Virus record (IMG/VR): IMGVR_UViG_3300032233_001676
Span: 1 to 31,896 of that record
Direction: 5' to 3' (one strand)
DNA: 31,896 nucleotides
Origin: a virus
Taxonomy: Duplodnaviria; Caudoviricetes
The notes below the pieces were generated by a model, which saw only the letters and a program-made list of their open reading frames with translations, was not told the DNA's origin and searched no databases. Positions within the stretch are counted from its first letter, which is position 1. Every line of letters begins with the position of its first letter. Of this stretch, positions 1 to 9,863 are shown piece after piece. The translations under genes and the position numbers were made by a program.

Positions 1-149
1 GAACCGCTACTTCCAGATGAACCGCTACTTCCAGATGAACCGCTTGTACCAGAAGAACCGCTAGTACCACTAGACCCACTTGTTCCAGAGCTTCCGCTAG
101 TACCACTAGATCCACTCGTACCTGATGAACCAGATGGCCCTTGCACTCC
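1..149 (-). repeat. Gly-X-Y triplet run GVQ GPS (GSS/GTS)n, at least 16 triplets; includes an exact 18-nt tandem repeat at 1-44
   Basis: gaaccgctacttccagat occurs twice, followed by a partial copy; the translation has Gly at every third residue. Confidence 0.9.
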
Positions 150-2837
150 TTCAATTTTACTTATTAAAATTCTACTGCCAGGAAAACTATTTACATTTAT
201 ATCTTGCGAAGTAGAATTGTTATGAAAAACATATATTTCAAAATAATCATTATTCGCTAATGTTAATGTTGAACTGAAATGTGTTACAGGGTAATCATTG
301 TTTGCTGGAATGCTATTGTAAGAGTATCTTGGGAAAGCAGAAGCGGTTCCATTTTTAGCTATAAATACTGATCTAGCAGTTCCAGCAGTTCCTCCAGAGT
401 CCCAACTCACATAACCATCAATATTTACAATATAAGAAGCTCCAGAACTATTTGTAAATCTATCTGTTCCATTAAAAGTTAAATTGGTATTTCCTTGAGT
501 ATTTGCAGTATCATCGCTATTCCAAACTACTATGGTATTTGTGCTTGAAGCTATAGTTTGAGTAGTATTACTATATCTAGCTAAAGTATTAGCCACTGTT
601 GGAGTGCCGCTTGTTCCTGACGAACCGCTGGTTCCACTAGTTCCGCTAGATCCTGAAGTTCCACTTGATCCAGAAGTTCCTGATGTACCGCTAACAGGTG
701 AGATTACAACACCACGAAAAGTCAATACATTTGCAGTCGAATTAGTTAATGCAAATAAAATTGGTTTAGAAACTTCTCCATAGTTTGACGGTTCAGTAGT
801 AGTATATGCGCCAGAAATTGAAGGGGATAAAAAATACCCAGTTCCAGGCAATAAAGTAGGAGTGAGACCAGTTATTAATCCATCTATTACTACTTTAAAA
901 TCATCTCCATTTACCGATTTAACCACACCCAACACTTCTGCATTTTCGGCACTGTCTGCCATCGCTTTAAGATAACTTGCTCCATCATATCTAATGACAT
1001 CACCAATAGCAAAACCATGATTAAGAAAAGTAAAATCTTCAATTAAAGATTTGCCGCTCCCTGTATCTAATTGTTTTTTTACAATGTCATTTTCAATTAC
1101 TAATTTATATAAATTTTCTGAAGTTGTTGTGCTTGGTAATTCTGAAAATTTTAAATTATTAGAAGCGTCATAATATAACGTTCCTGTTGTCAAACTATCT
1201 GAAGAATTAAACTTAGATAAATAGCCACTTACTCCAGTTCCTTCAATTAGTTTTAAATTTTTTACTCCTGTTGTAGCATAATTTATTCCAGTAGCAGAAA
1301 AGAATAACGTATCAGACAAGTCGGTATAACTATTCTGATCTATAAACCCTCTTACAGAAACCTCATAATTTCCAGAAGAAGCAATTGGTATAAAAAAGTA
1401 AGGCTCAACATTAGAGACAACAACAGATCCAGATGGATAATTAAAATCAAATCTTTCTGCTATTAATATGCCACTAAGATTTTGTAAAGTTAAAATTCCA
1501 TCACCCGATCCAGTTGCCCAAGAAGAATTTCCGGCTCCTGTTACGTTATACAAACCTGAAGTATAAGTCCCCTCGCTTGGAAAATACTTAAAATCATTGT
1601 CTGTGAAATCGTAATTGTACGCTAAATATAATTGTCTACTATTTAAAGAACCAGAAGCAAACGGTATTTCATATAATAAATCAATAGTATCGGCATCATA
1701 TAACCCTGAAGGGAAAGACCCTTTGTTATCAATTATTATAGTATGGTCTTTCCACTGAATTCCGTTGTTTCCTGAAGGTGAAAAAATAGACTCAAAATTG
1801 GCACCAGAATAAAATGGATTTATTCCTACTTCATTAAAATTAAACTTATTTTCTCCTGTGCCTTGAGTAATATAACTTACGCTATCTATTTTTGGCGCAT
1901 CTAAATAATATATATCTGATAATTTATTTTCGCCGCTCTTATTAACATATATTCTATAATCAATTGGAGTGTTGCTGGAATTAATCGCCCATTTAACAAA
2001 CAAACGCCTATCAAAAGTTTTAGCTATTGAATCGTAACCTATCTTTATAGCTCCTGAAATATTCTTGGGATATTCATCGTAAACACTATTGTCAATATTG
2101 TTTAACTTTAATTGACCAATAAAAAACGGATCGCCTGTATTATAAAAATCAGAAACACTTAAACGATAAAATAATTTATCAGTTCCATCGTTGTTTATAA
2201 AAATACTAGCTGAAGCGTCGTTTACCACCTCATCTAATATAGTAGAAAAATCATTTTCTTTAGAACTTTGAAGGAAAACGTCTTTCGCAAAATCTATATT
2301 AGATAATTCATAATTAACAAAAATTCCATTTGAAATGGTAGAAGTTACATTTGAAAATGTTGAAATCGGAAAATTTAAAACAAATACAGCTTGCGAAGTT
2401 TTGTTATCAAGTGTAAAAGAAGTTATTCTTATTCTTATTTCTCTTAAAAAATTAACATCACCGTATAAAGAACTAGATAAAGAAGATAAAAAACTAGCGC
2501 TTAAATTGTAAAAATTATATTTTAAATCGCTATCAAGAATCTGGATTGGATTATTATCTACATCTAACAGTTCAACTAAAAAACTAGAAAAATTAGGATT
2601 ACTAAAATTAGATATTTGGTTTGTTTTAGGGTCAATTATTTCCCATTCTAACCTTGTTACCGTCAAGTTTACTGAACCTTCAGCCATTACAATCAACGGC
2701 AAACCATTAAAGTCAGGATCAGAATCGGCCAAAAAACCGTAATCATTCTGATTTTCTATATTCGACAATAATATATTCGATTTAAGATTTACTATCTTAA
2801 AAGGTTTATTACTAATATTTTGAACTTGAGTAAACAT
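1..2837 (-). CDS. Large tail fibre / receptor-binding protein, 3'-truncated by the window edge (>=945 aa; absent from the ORF track)
   Basis: Manual translation from ATG at 2837 (1 nt after the J stop) stays open to position 1: MFTQVQNISNKPFKIVNLK... It has a beta-rich FN3/Ig-like N-terminal part (e.g. ...GNYEVSVRGF), an HGFAIGDVIRYDG...KAMAD...EVLGVV...GYFLSP domain (about 715-1030), G-S/T-S triplets, a C1q-like domain and a second triplet run. Confidence 0.85.
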   Translation of the reverse strand, partial: MFTQVQNISNKPFKIVNLKSNILLSNIENQNDYGFLADSDPDFNGLPLIVMAEGSVNLTVTRLEWEIIDPKTNQISNFSNPNFSSFLVELLDVDNNPIQILDSDLKYNFYNLSASFLSSLSSSLYGDVNFLREIRIRITSFTLDNKTSQAVFVLNFPISTFSNVTSTISNGIFVNYELSNIDFAKDVFLQSSKENDFSTILDEVVNDASASIFINNDGTDKLFYRLSVSDFYNTGDPFFIGQLKLNNIDNSVYDEYPKNISGAIKIGYDSIAKTFDRRLFVKWAINSSNTPIDYRIYVNKSGENKLSDIYYLDAPKIDSVSYITQGTGENKFNFNEVGINPFYSGANFESIFSPSGNNGIQWKDHTIIIDNKGSFPSGLYDADTIDLLYEIPFASGSLNSRQLYLAYNYDFTDNDFKYFPSEGTYTSGLYNVTGAGNSSWATGSGDGILTLQNLSGILIAERFDFNYPSGSVVVSNVEPYFFIPIASSGNYEVSVRGFIDQNSYTDLSDTLFFSATGINYATTGVKNLKLIEGTGVSGYLSKFNSSDSLTTGTLYYDASNNLKFSELPSTTTSENLYKLVIENDIVKKQLDTGSGKSLIEDFTFLNHGFAIGDVIRYDGASYLKAMADSAENAEVLGVVKSVNGDDFKVVIDGLITGLTPTLLPGTGYFLSPSISGAYTTTEPSNYGEVSKPILFALTNSTANVLTFRGVVISPVSGTSGTSGSSGTSGSSGTSGTSGSSGTSGTPTVANTLARYSNTTQTIASSTNTIVVWNSDDTANTQGNTNLTFNGTDRFTNSSGASYIVNIDGYVSWDSGGTAGTARSVFIAKNGTASAFPRYSYNSIPANNDYPVTHFSSTLTLANNDYFEIYVFHNNSTSQDINVNSFPGSRILISKIEGVQGPSGSSGTSGSSGTSGSSGTSGSSGTSGSSGTSGSSGSSGSSGSSG
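606..692 (-). repeat. Gly-X-Y triplet run SGTSGTSGSSGTSGSSGTSGTSGSSGTSG
   Basis: Direct translation; codons are degenerate, so the repeat is at protein level. Confidence 0.9.
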
Positions 2838-2838
2838 T

Positions 2839-5800
2839 TTATAAAAAATTATCTGTTTCGCCTAAAGCGTACGCTCTAATAAATTCAAAAGTCGTTTCAG
2901 CTTCTAAGTTAGGAGTAACTATTGTAAAAAAACTTTTATCTCCTAATTTCCAATTTATACTTACTTTTTTAGAGTTTAATACGTATTCTATTAATAATCC
3001 TTTCACTAAAGGTTCACTATATGTTGATGTAGCTATTTCAAAAATAGCTTTAACATTAATAGTTGTTACACTAAATAAACCAGCTATTTGGTCATCGCTA
3101 TAATCTATCCCAGAAAATATAAAATCATATTGATCGTCAAAATTAAAATTACTTTTTGTATTTAAAACGATCCCATCATCACCTTGAACATCTTTTGTAG
3201 TTTGACCTGCTAATATATCTTTTGGAATTTTAATGGTTTGATTGTCTTGTTCAGGAGAGTATAATAATTTAGCAGCAAGATTATCTCTGTTATCAATATA
3301 AGAGAATTTTGTTTTGACGTATTCTATAGCGGTTATATCAAATTCTACTGGATTGACTTCTTTAATACCTACTATTCTATACTGTTTAGAATACAAAGTA
3401 GTTATATGTTGAGAATCTTGTTCATAAATCCATAAAGTTGATGGATTTATTGTGTAAACATTTTCTTCAGCCGCAACGTCATCACTAGTGTTAGTAGTTT
3501 TTAAAGTTATTTTAGTTCTAAAACTTCCATCCATTCCTACACTTAAAACTTTATATTTATAAATATATGTGGAATTTAATTGATTAAGTTGAGTTTCTGT
3601 AACCTGATTTGCAGCCAAGGCTTCAGTATTTAATTGATCAATTGATGAGCTTTTCTTTGGAACAATGAAACTTATTATATCATTAACTTTTATATAATCA
3701 TATTTATCGTCTAAGACTATTTCATCATTGACGACTTCAATTACTCTTCCTCCATATCGATTCGTTAATTTTAAAGCGTCACTAATTGTAACTACATTAC
3801 CTGGAGATAATAATAAACATTCAGGCCCTGCTTGAAAATTCACTATTTCTTGTTCTACTTGATTTGTTACTAAAAACCACTCACCAGTTCTTTTAGCTTG
3901 AGATTTTGATGTTACGCCAAATCCTAAAAGTTCTTTTTCTACATAACCATATTTTTTTATATTGATTTGATCTTCAACATAAACCGTTTTGTCTTTATAT
4001 CCGTCCGAAGCGTCCGCGTAAGTGACTTTAACGACTGTGAAACGAGTGTCTTTAGAAGAACCTGAATAACTAAAAACACCGTCTTTTACATTAGAGTTGT
4101 TAAAAATATAAGAAGAAGGCTTTGGCGAATCATTATCAAATTGAACATAATTATTCGACCAATAAACAATACCTTTGAAAATAGAACTTATATTGTTTAT
4201 TAAATTTACTACATCTGTTTCTGATTTTAAATAAATATTGGAAGTGAATCTTGGTTCTACCAAATCCGGAAAAGCATCAAACTTTTGAGCAGCAGATCCA
4301 GAACTTGATATATAATTTTCAGCATCTTCTTTGGAAAACACTTGTTGACCTAAAATATAATTTTTAAAATCAACTATTTGTTGAGGAGAATCGTTAATTA
4401 ATTCTGAAATTAAAATACCAACAGCTTCATTTGATGTTTTTGCTTTCTTTTCTTCCACAAACTTTTTAACAGAAGAAAATCGAGAACAAGATTTGTGCAA
4501 TCCAAATGGATTAAATAATCTTAATCGCACTACTCCACCATAAATATTATTAACATTAATCGTTACTTCTCTAATTATCTTTTTAAAAGATTTATAAACT
4601 ATACTTGGCTGGCCGTCTTCATCTATTTCTGTGAATTGTAAATTAAAAAGATGCAACTCTTGCCCTTTTTGAAACATATCCTCAGTTATAACTGTACCGG
4701 CTGGCACCGCTAATTCTACATAATCATAAGCGTTATTAACTTGTATCACTAAAATTTTTAACGCTGGAAATTTAGAATTCCTAAAAGTTGGAACTAGTTC
4801 GTCACAATATTTTCCTATATTAAATATAGACCATTTATCAGCCAAACTTTCCGGAAAATTAAATTTCCCCAGCCCGTATCTATTATTAGTTATAACATCA
4901 TATAAAATCCAAGCTGGATTATCAGTCCATCGTAAAAGCGGGTCAAATTCGCCGCCCCAAATGCCATTGTATTCTTTTACATCTGCATCGTAATTTTCTG
5001 GAACTTTAATTTGAAGCAATTTTAAATTATACTGACGATTTGGAATTCCTCCCCCAAAACCTCTTGCATCTATTCCGGTTATAAAATAAGCCGAATTTGG
5101 ATATTTAAATTTTGAATCTATAATTTCAGTTATAGCAGAAACCGCAACGCTATTATATATTTTCGTTTCTGTAACTCCTGGAGCGCTGCTAAAATTAAAA
5201 ATTTTAACATAAGGCGTTAAATTTTTGTCTAAATCTTTTACATTAAGAACTAAATCAAACTGATAAGGCGAAGAAGCTATACCTTTTACTGAATGATATA
5301 TGTAAATATTTTTATCTGGATTTTGTTTATAACTTAATTGCACACCAAATTGAGCCGTCAAGTTTGCCATACTACCGCCGTCATCTATTCTGTACAAAGA
5401 ATTTATTTTAAGAGTTATAACCAAAAAATCGGTATTTGGATCTTTTATTTCGTGATATATCCCAAAACACTCCTCAAATACAAGATCGTTATAAATTGAC
5501 GTATTAAACTTCGGGGGTGTTGTTCCCGCTGTAGTTGTAAAACTAACACCTGGAGGTTCTATAAATATTTCTTTTGAATCAACAGCTAAACATAAAAATG
5601 TATTATGGACTTTTGTGTCCTGAAAGCTGACTGGCGAACCAGCGGTATTTTTTATTAAACCGTATAGTGTTTTATTGTATGAATAAACAATTCCTGGACT
5701 TGCATAAGAAAATAGACCTTTCTGTCTGTCTAACGGTATAGACGATTGAAATTCTGATCCTATTTTTCCATAAACTTCTACTTTGCTGTAATTGTAAGAA

Positions 5801-6174
5801 TTATTTCTAGAGTTTTTTACTGGATAATCATTCAAGTATAAACCTTTTAAATTTTCATTATTATTTTCCGCATTATCAAATAAAATTAAATCATTACCTA
5901 AATCGTCTATCAAACCAAAAATTGGTCCTTCGCATATTAAATCTTGTAAAAATATTTTATTAGCTGATTGTAATTTTTCGTTTTGAAGAACAAAAGGCGC
6001 TAAAGACTTGTTTTCTGTATAGTAATTGACTAAACTTGATCCTTCTGTTAAATTATCGACACCAATATTAGCACCTACCTCGTAAACTTGCGCTACAGAT
6101 GATTGCTGGTTTGCACCACCAGTCACTTTATTATTAATTTTATTAACTACTACATTAAGCCCTAGAAGTCCCAT
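2839..6174 (-). CDS. Tail tip / central hub protein, lambda gpJ (TipJ) family
   Basis: gpJ motifs EGPIFGL, YPNSA, IKVPENYD, WTDNPAWILYD...NRYGLG, YCDELVP, EPRFT, FSYSGSS...RFTVVKVTY, GVTSKSQAKR.G.W; lies downstream of L-K-I. Confidence 0.92.
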   Translation of the reverse strand: MGLLGLNVVVNKINNKVTGGANQQSSVAQVYEVGANIGVDNLTEGSSLVNYYTENKSLAPFVLQNEKLQSANKIFLQDLICEGPIFGLIDDLGNDLILFDNAENNNENLKGLYLNDYPVKNSRNNSYNYSKVEVYGKIGSEFQSSIPLDRQKGLFSYASPGIVYSYNKTLYGLIKNTAGSPVSFQDTKVHNTFLCLAVDSKEIFIEPPGVSFTTTAGTTPPKFNTSIYNDLVFEECFGIYHEIKDPNTDFLVITLKINSLYRIDDGGSMANLTAQFGVQLSYKQNPDKNIYIYHSVKGIASSPYQFDLVLNVKDLDKNLTPYVKIFNFSSAPGVTETKIYNSVAVSAITEIIDSKFKYPNSAYFITGIDARGFGGGIPNRQYNLKLLQIKVPENYDADVKEYNGIWGGEFDPLLRWTDNPAWILYDVITNNRYGLGKFNFPESLADKWSIFNIGKYCDELVPTFRNSKFPALKILVIQVNNAYDYVELAVPAGTVITEDMFQKGQELHLFNLQFTEIDEDGQPSIVYKSFKKIIREVTINVNNIYGGVVRLRLFNPFGLHKSCSRFSSVKKFVEEKKAKTSNEAVGILISELINDSPQQIVDFKNYILGQQVFSKEDAENYISSSGSAAQKFDAFPDLVEPRFTSNIYLKSETDVVNLINNISSIFKGIVYWSNNYVQFDNDSPKPSSYIFNNSNVKDGVFSYSGSSKDTRFTVVKVTYADASDGYKDKTVYVEDQINIKKYGYVEKELLGFGVTSKSQAKRTGEWFLVTNQVEQEIVNFQAGPECLLLSPGNVVTISDALKLTNRYGGRVIEVVNDEIVLDDKYDYIKVNDIISFIVPKKSSSIDQLNTEALAANQVTETQLNQLNSTYIYKYKVLSVGMDGSFRTKITLKTTNTSDDVAAEENVYTINPSTLWIYEQDSQHITTLYSKQYRIVGIKEVNPVEFDITAIEYVKTKFSYIDNRDNLAAKLLYSPEQDNQTIKIPKDILAGQTTKDVQGDDGIVLNTKSNFNFDDQYDFIFSGIDYSDDQIAGLFSVTTINVKAIFEIATSTYSEPLVKGLLIEYVLNSKKVSINWKLGDKSFFTIVTPNLEAETTFEFIRAYALGETDNFL

Positions 6175-6187
6175 ATTTTATGTATTT

Positions 6188-6850
6188 TTAATTTTGCAAC
6201 TTACGCACAACTGATCCTCCAGCAAAACTAGATCCTCCAGATGTAGCAAAGGCTGATGTTGAATTAGAATTCGCACCAGTTGTATCAGTAACTGAATTTA
6301 TATCAAAATTTATTCCAATACTACTCACCAAACAAGACCCCACCCTTAATCTACCATAAGCAATTGGAACCGGAGTGTTTCTAGCAGCAGCGTTTTCAGT
6401 ACTAGTAAAAATAAAAGAAGCTGTTTTTACTTGTTTCGGGTCTTTCGGAGTTAAAAGCTTAGACACTAAAAAACTTATTCCAAAACTAATCACAGATATT
6501 ATTATTATATTTGCTATAAAAGCTATAGTTTTTGCTACAGCTAAACTTGTAATAAGAGAACCCATAATCATTGATGATGTTATAAGACCAGAAATCATCA
6601 CGATAGGTATAATCTCAATTGTTTTACCAGTCAGTATTAGCTTGTCAAGATTATTTAAATTATCAACTAATTTACCATCAATAATTAAAACAAAACCTGA
6701 TACATCATTCTTAAACCTTCTAAGATGTTTTTTCAATTTTGGAAAATTAGCCGACAAACAATTCAATATGTCTTGAAAGCATGAAGCTTTCATATTAAAT
6801 TTCGGGCAAGCAAACTTCTTCAAAATTCCATGTAATAAGATTTGTTTCAC
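6188..6850 (-). CDS. Tail assembly protein I (ubiquitin-like N-terminus)
   Basis: GTG start; I.LHG.L N-terminus, IEIIP, hydrophobic middle segment, PVPIAYGRLRVGS motif; position between K and J. Confidence 0.88.
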   Translation of the reverse strand: MKQILLHGILKKFACPKFNMKASCFQDILNCLSANFPKLKKHLRRFKNDVSGFVLIIDGKLVDNLNNLDKLILTGKTIEIIPIVMISGLITSSMIMGSLITSLAVAKTIAFIANIIIISVISFGISFLVSKLLTPKDPKQVKTASFIFTSTENAAARNTPVPIAYGRLRVGSCLVSSIGINFDINSVTDTTGANSNSTSAFATSGGSSFAGGSVVRKLQN

Positions 6851-7199
6851 TCTTTATATTTACACTTAAAAAAGTGTTTTTATTTAAACTATATATTATA
6901 ATAGGAATATCGTAATTTTTCATAAAAAATAAATCATTATCAGATGGAGTTAACGAATTAAGGTGACTATGGAAAGACGCAACGACGTTGTGATTTTTAA
7001 CTATATCTATATAAAAATCATCAATTGGCAAATAATTATGACAATCTTTTATTTTAGACGGGTATTCTTTTATTACTCCATTTGCAAGAATTAAACCCCC
7101 ACTTTCGTAAGGGTAATTAGATAAACAATGATTTCTTATTGATTTTAATAAATCTTTATATTGAATAATTGAAAGGTCTTGTTCCAGGAAATCCACCAT
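6795..7199 (-). CDS. Tail assembly protein K-like, JAB/MPN metallopeptidase domain only
   Basis: YPYESGG, FHSH...PSDND (E...HSH...S..D JAMM signature); no NlpC/P60 domain; lies between L and I and overlaps both. Confidence 0.85.
   Translation of the reverse strand: MVDFLEQDLSIIQYKDLLKSIRNHCLSNYPYESGGLILANGVIKEYPSKIKDCHNYLPIDDFYIDIVKNHNVVASFHSHLNSLTPSDNDLFFMKNYDIPIIIYSLNKNTFLSVNIKSETNLITWNFEEVCLPEI
6860..6865 (-). promoter_or_regulatory. GTGTAA motif 9 nt before the gene I start (putative phage late promoter/initiation element)
   Basis: aaGTGTAAatataaagaGTG; the same motif at similar spacing precedes three other starts. Confidence 0.5.
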
Positions 7200-8214
7200 A
7201 AGGTAACCCTTTTATATTACTGCCCCATCTTAACTTACAACCAGTTAAATCTTTGGAGCAACTATCTTTAACCCAATATTCTTTTTCTGTTGTTGGATTT
7301 TTTGCACCAGTAGAACTAGCTCCATGAAGCTTTATGCAAACATAAAAAGAATAAGATATGTTATCATCAGTTTGTTGTATTTTACTTCCAAAAAAATCAT
7401 GATTTATAGAATCTATATATTTTACAAATTCTCCAGGGTTATATACCCCTTTTTCTGGATAATACTCTAGAAATTCTATTGAATTTAATCCATAACCAGA
7501 TTTTGAATAAAAAGGAACATTGTTTTCATCCGCAACAGGAACCCCTTGATTAGGTTTTCCATTCCATAGTTTAGGTGAAGTTTCTGGATATTCTACATTA
7601 TTCACTTTTATTATTTGGTTGGGCCAAGGAATTTTTCCATAATTGCATCCGCAACCACGATAAACCCAAGGACACATGTTATCAGATATTTTTCTATTTG
7701 GAATTGTCTGATTTTCAAGATCAAGCGGACTGCTTAAAGCAAACTCAATATAATATTTGTTTTCTTGAGTTTTTCTGTTTACTATATAAGACTCTTCATA
7801 AAAAGATTCTCCATATCCTTTAACGTTATTTCTTTTAGCTCTATATCCGAAAAATGGATTCATACTTTGAGAAAAATTAATGTCATCTAAGTTTCGAACG
7901 AAAATTTTAATTCTTTTCAATTTTGAGTTAATTAAATCATTTTTATTTTTTACATAGTTGGTTAGAAATCCGTCTATATTTGCTATTTTAAAAGTTGGTC
8001 TATTTTGTTTTCCATCTGCCGAAAATTCAAAACCACTATATTCTATAGGTATAGAAAGATATTGATTTCCTCTATAAACAATATTATTATTGAAATTTTT
8101 TCCAGAATGAAATCTTACTATTCCTAGATTGTTATCTATATATATTTCAAAAAGATCTACGAAAGAATCTGGATCTAAACTTATTAACGAATTTGTTGAA
8201 ATAATGTCTGACAT
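7156..8214 (-). CDS. Minor tail tip protein L (probable Fe-S cluster)
   Basis: PIEYSGFE...G...RP...IANIDG, IEFALSSPLD, CPWVYRG..C, C.K...GCKLR...LPYGGFPG as in lambda gpL. Confidence 0.92.
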   Translation of the reverse strand: MSDIISTNSLISLDPDSFVDLFEIYIDNNLGIVRFHSGKNFNNNIVYRGNQYLSIPIEYSGFEFSADGKQNRPTFKIANIDGFLTNYVKNKNDLINSKLKRIKIFVRNLDDINFSQSMNPFFGYRAKRNNVKGYGESFYEESYIVNRKTQENKYYIEFALSSPLDLENQTIPNRKISDNMCPWVYRGCGCNYGKIPWPNQIIKVNNVEYPETSPKLWNGKPNQGVPVADENNVPFYSKSGYGLNSIEFLEYYPEKGVYNPGEFVKYIDSINHDFFGSKIQQTDDNISYSFYVCIKLHGASSTGAKNPTTEKEYWVKDSCSKDLTGCKLRWGSNIKGLPYGGFPGTRPFNYSI

Positions 8215-8216
8215 AA

Positions 8217-9863
8217 TTATGGGGTTATTATTTTTTGAACTTTTCCTAATATATTTGGCCTATCTGATAGTGAATAGTAAATAGGCGCGTCTGTTTGTAT
8301 TTCAGAAGAATCGAAGAAAGCTTTATTTTTATATTTTGAAACTAAATAATCACAAATTATTCTTTGCGGGTTTCCACTACGTAAATTTGCTATATTTTTA
8401 TAAACTAAAACTTCATACAATTTCATTGTAAAATACGGAGAATAAGAACCATTTGTATTTAATTTAGCCCCATTTCCTATTAAAATTTTAACATCATTAT
8501 TATTTTTTAGTAAATTTACGTCGGGCCTTCCTCCTATTACATTTCCATAAGAACCGTTAAAATAATTACTTGTGTTATCTCTGCCACCAGAATAAAAACC
8601 ATTAAAGACGATAGAAAATTTATTTTTTCTTATCAATACCGACTTTGTTCCTGAGTATTGAGACCGTATATAATCTCTCTGTGTTATTCTATCCGTTATA
8701 AAATTTACGAATGGTATCTTTGGGAAAAAAAATCTTGTATCATTCACCTCTTTATAGCTTGACAAAAAGCTATCACTATAAATAGAAAATAGATTTTTAG
8801 ATTCAGGTATTATATTTGTTTTTTCTTTTTGATATACAAAACGGAGACCTGATGTGTTTCTTGAGTTAAAAAGATTTTTAAATAGATTATTAGTGTTAAC
8901 CTCTAACGTACTTGTAATAGACACGCAATGACTAATAATGGGCTGTAAAACTGGATCATAAATTTCATTAATAGTAACAAAAGATCCTAATGCTAATGTT
9001 AATTTAGATATTTCTGGTCCTGTTGATACGCCAGTGATATTTACAGTCAATACCGCTCCAACTACATTTGTTACAGTACCTATTACGTATTTTACTGTAG
9101 ACTCTTGAATTCTAACTACATTTCCAGTTGAAAAAGATTTTGAAGCTTCTATTGTTACAGAAGCTGATGAACCTTTTATAAATTCTTGATTAGCGTTTAT
9201 ATACGATAAATAAGCATCATTCACATCTGTTTCTACTACATAAACATTTAATAAATCTGTTAACGGTTCTTTTATAGCAGGAGTTGCACCATTAGGATCT
9301 GATATAGTAGCTGTTAAAAATTTAGAACAATCTGCTGTTCCATCATTCATATCAAAATAATATTTATTTAATCCAAGATCAGTATCTAAAACTGAAGATA
9401 TTAAAGATGTTCCATTCGTGCTGACTGTAAAATCTTTTACAGTAACACCATCAGCAAAATTAGTTAAAGTCTCTACAGATCCGGAAATTAATTTTGTGAA
9501 TTGCAAATCGTTTCCGGATAAATATATATTAATAGCGCTTGTACTATTTATATACCCTATATTAACCTGTGATTTATTATTAACGTCTTCATTTATTTTT
9601 ACTGCAAAACCGCAATCATTTTCAGATCCAAATCCATAAGTATTAATATTTTTGCTTGTTTGCGCATCACCTCCATCGGTTACTTCTCCTTGTGCAAAAA
9701 CAATTTGAGGCTTAAAACTTTTTTCTCCCAATCTGCCACCATTGCCACCTTTTAATTGTAATATTTGAGCTTTATCTGGTATATTGTCGGTAGAAATTAC
9801 TTCAGGTAACTTTTCATCGTAATTGTAATAAAAAACTGTATTATTTTTTGGATTGAATGGCAT
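8217..9863 (-). CDS. Virion structural protein, probable LamG/ConA-like C-terminal domain
   Basis: Beta-rich; C-terminal ILIGNG...YEVLVYKNI...IICDYLVSKY resembles the end of LamG-like folds; coupled to neighbouring tail genes. Confidence 0.5.
   Translation of the reverse strand: MPFNPKNNTVFYYNYDEKLPEVISTDNIPDKAQILQLKGGNGGRLGEKSFKPQIVFAQGEVTDGGDAQTSKNINTYGFGSENDCGFAVKINEDVNNKSQVNIGYINSTSAINIYLSGNDLQFTKLISGSVETLTNFADGVTVKDFTVSTNGTSLISSVLDTDLGLNKYYFDMNDGTADCSKFLTATISDPNGATPAIKEPLTDLLNVYVVETDVNDAYLSYINANQEFIKGSSASVTIEASKSFSTGNVVRIQESTVKYVIGTVTNVVGAVLTVNITGVSTGPEISKLTLALGSFVTINEIYDPVLQPIISHCVSITSTLEVNTNNLFKNLFNSRNTSGLRFVYQKEKTNIIPESKNLFSIYSDSFLSSYKEVNDTRFFFPKIPFVNFITDRITQRDYIRSQYSGTKSVLIRKNKFSIVFNGFYSGGRDNTSNYFNGSYGNVIGGRPDVNLLKNNNDVKILIGNGAKLNTNGSYSPYFTMKLYEVLVYKNIANLRSGNPQRIICDYLVSKYKNKAFFDSSEIQTDAPIYYSLSDRPNILGKVQKIITP

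Noticed and set aside
1-149. 18-nt tandem repeats as a CRISPR array or non-coding VNTR
   Set aside because: No unique spacers; the repeats are in-frame Gly-Ser-Ser codons of the fibre gene.
4258-4788. Intein in gpJ
   Set aside because: No C/S-start with HN-C/S/T end and no LAGLIDADG motifs.
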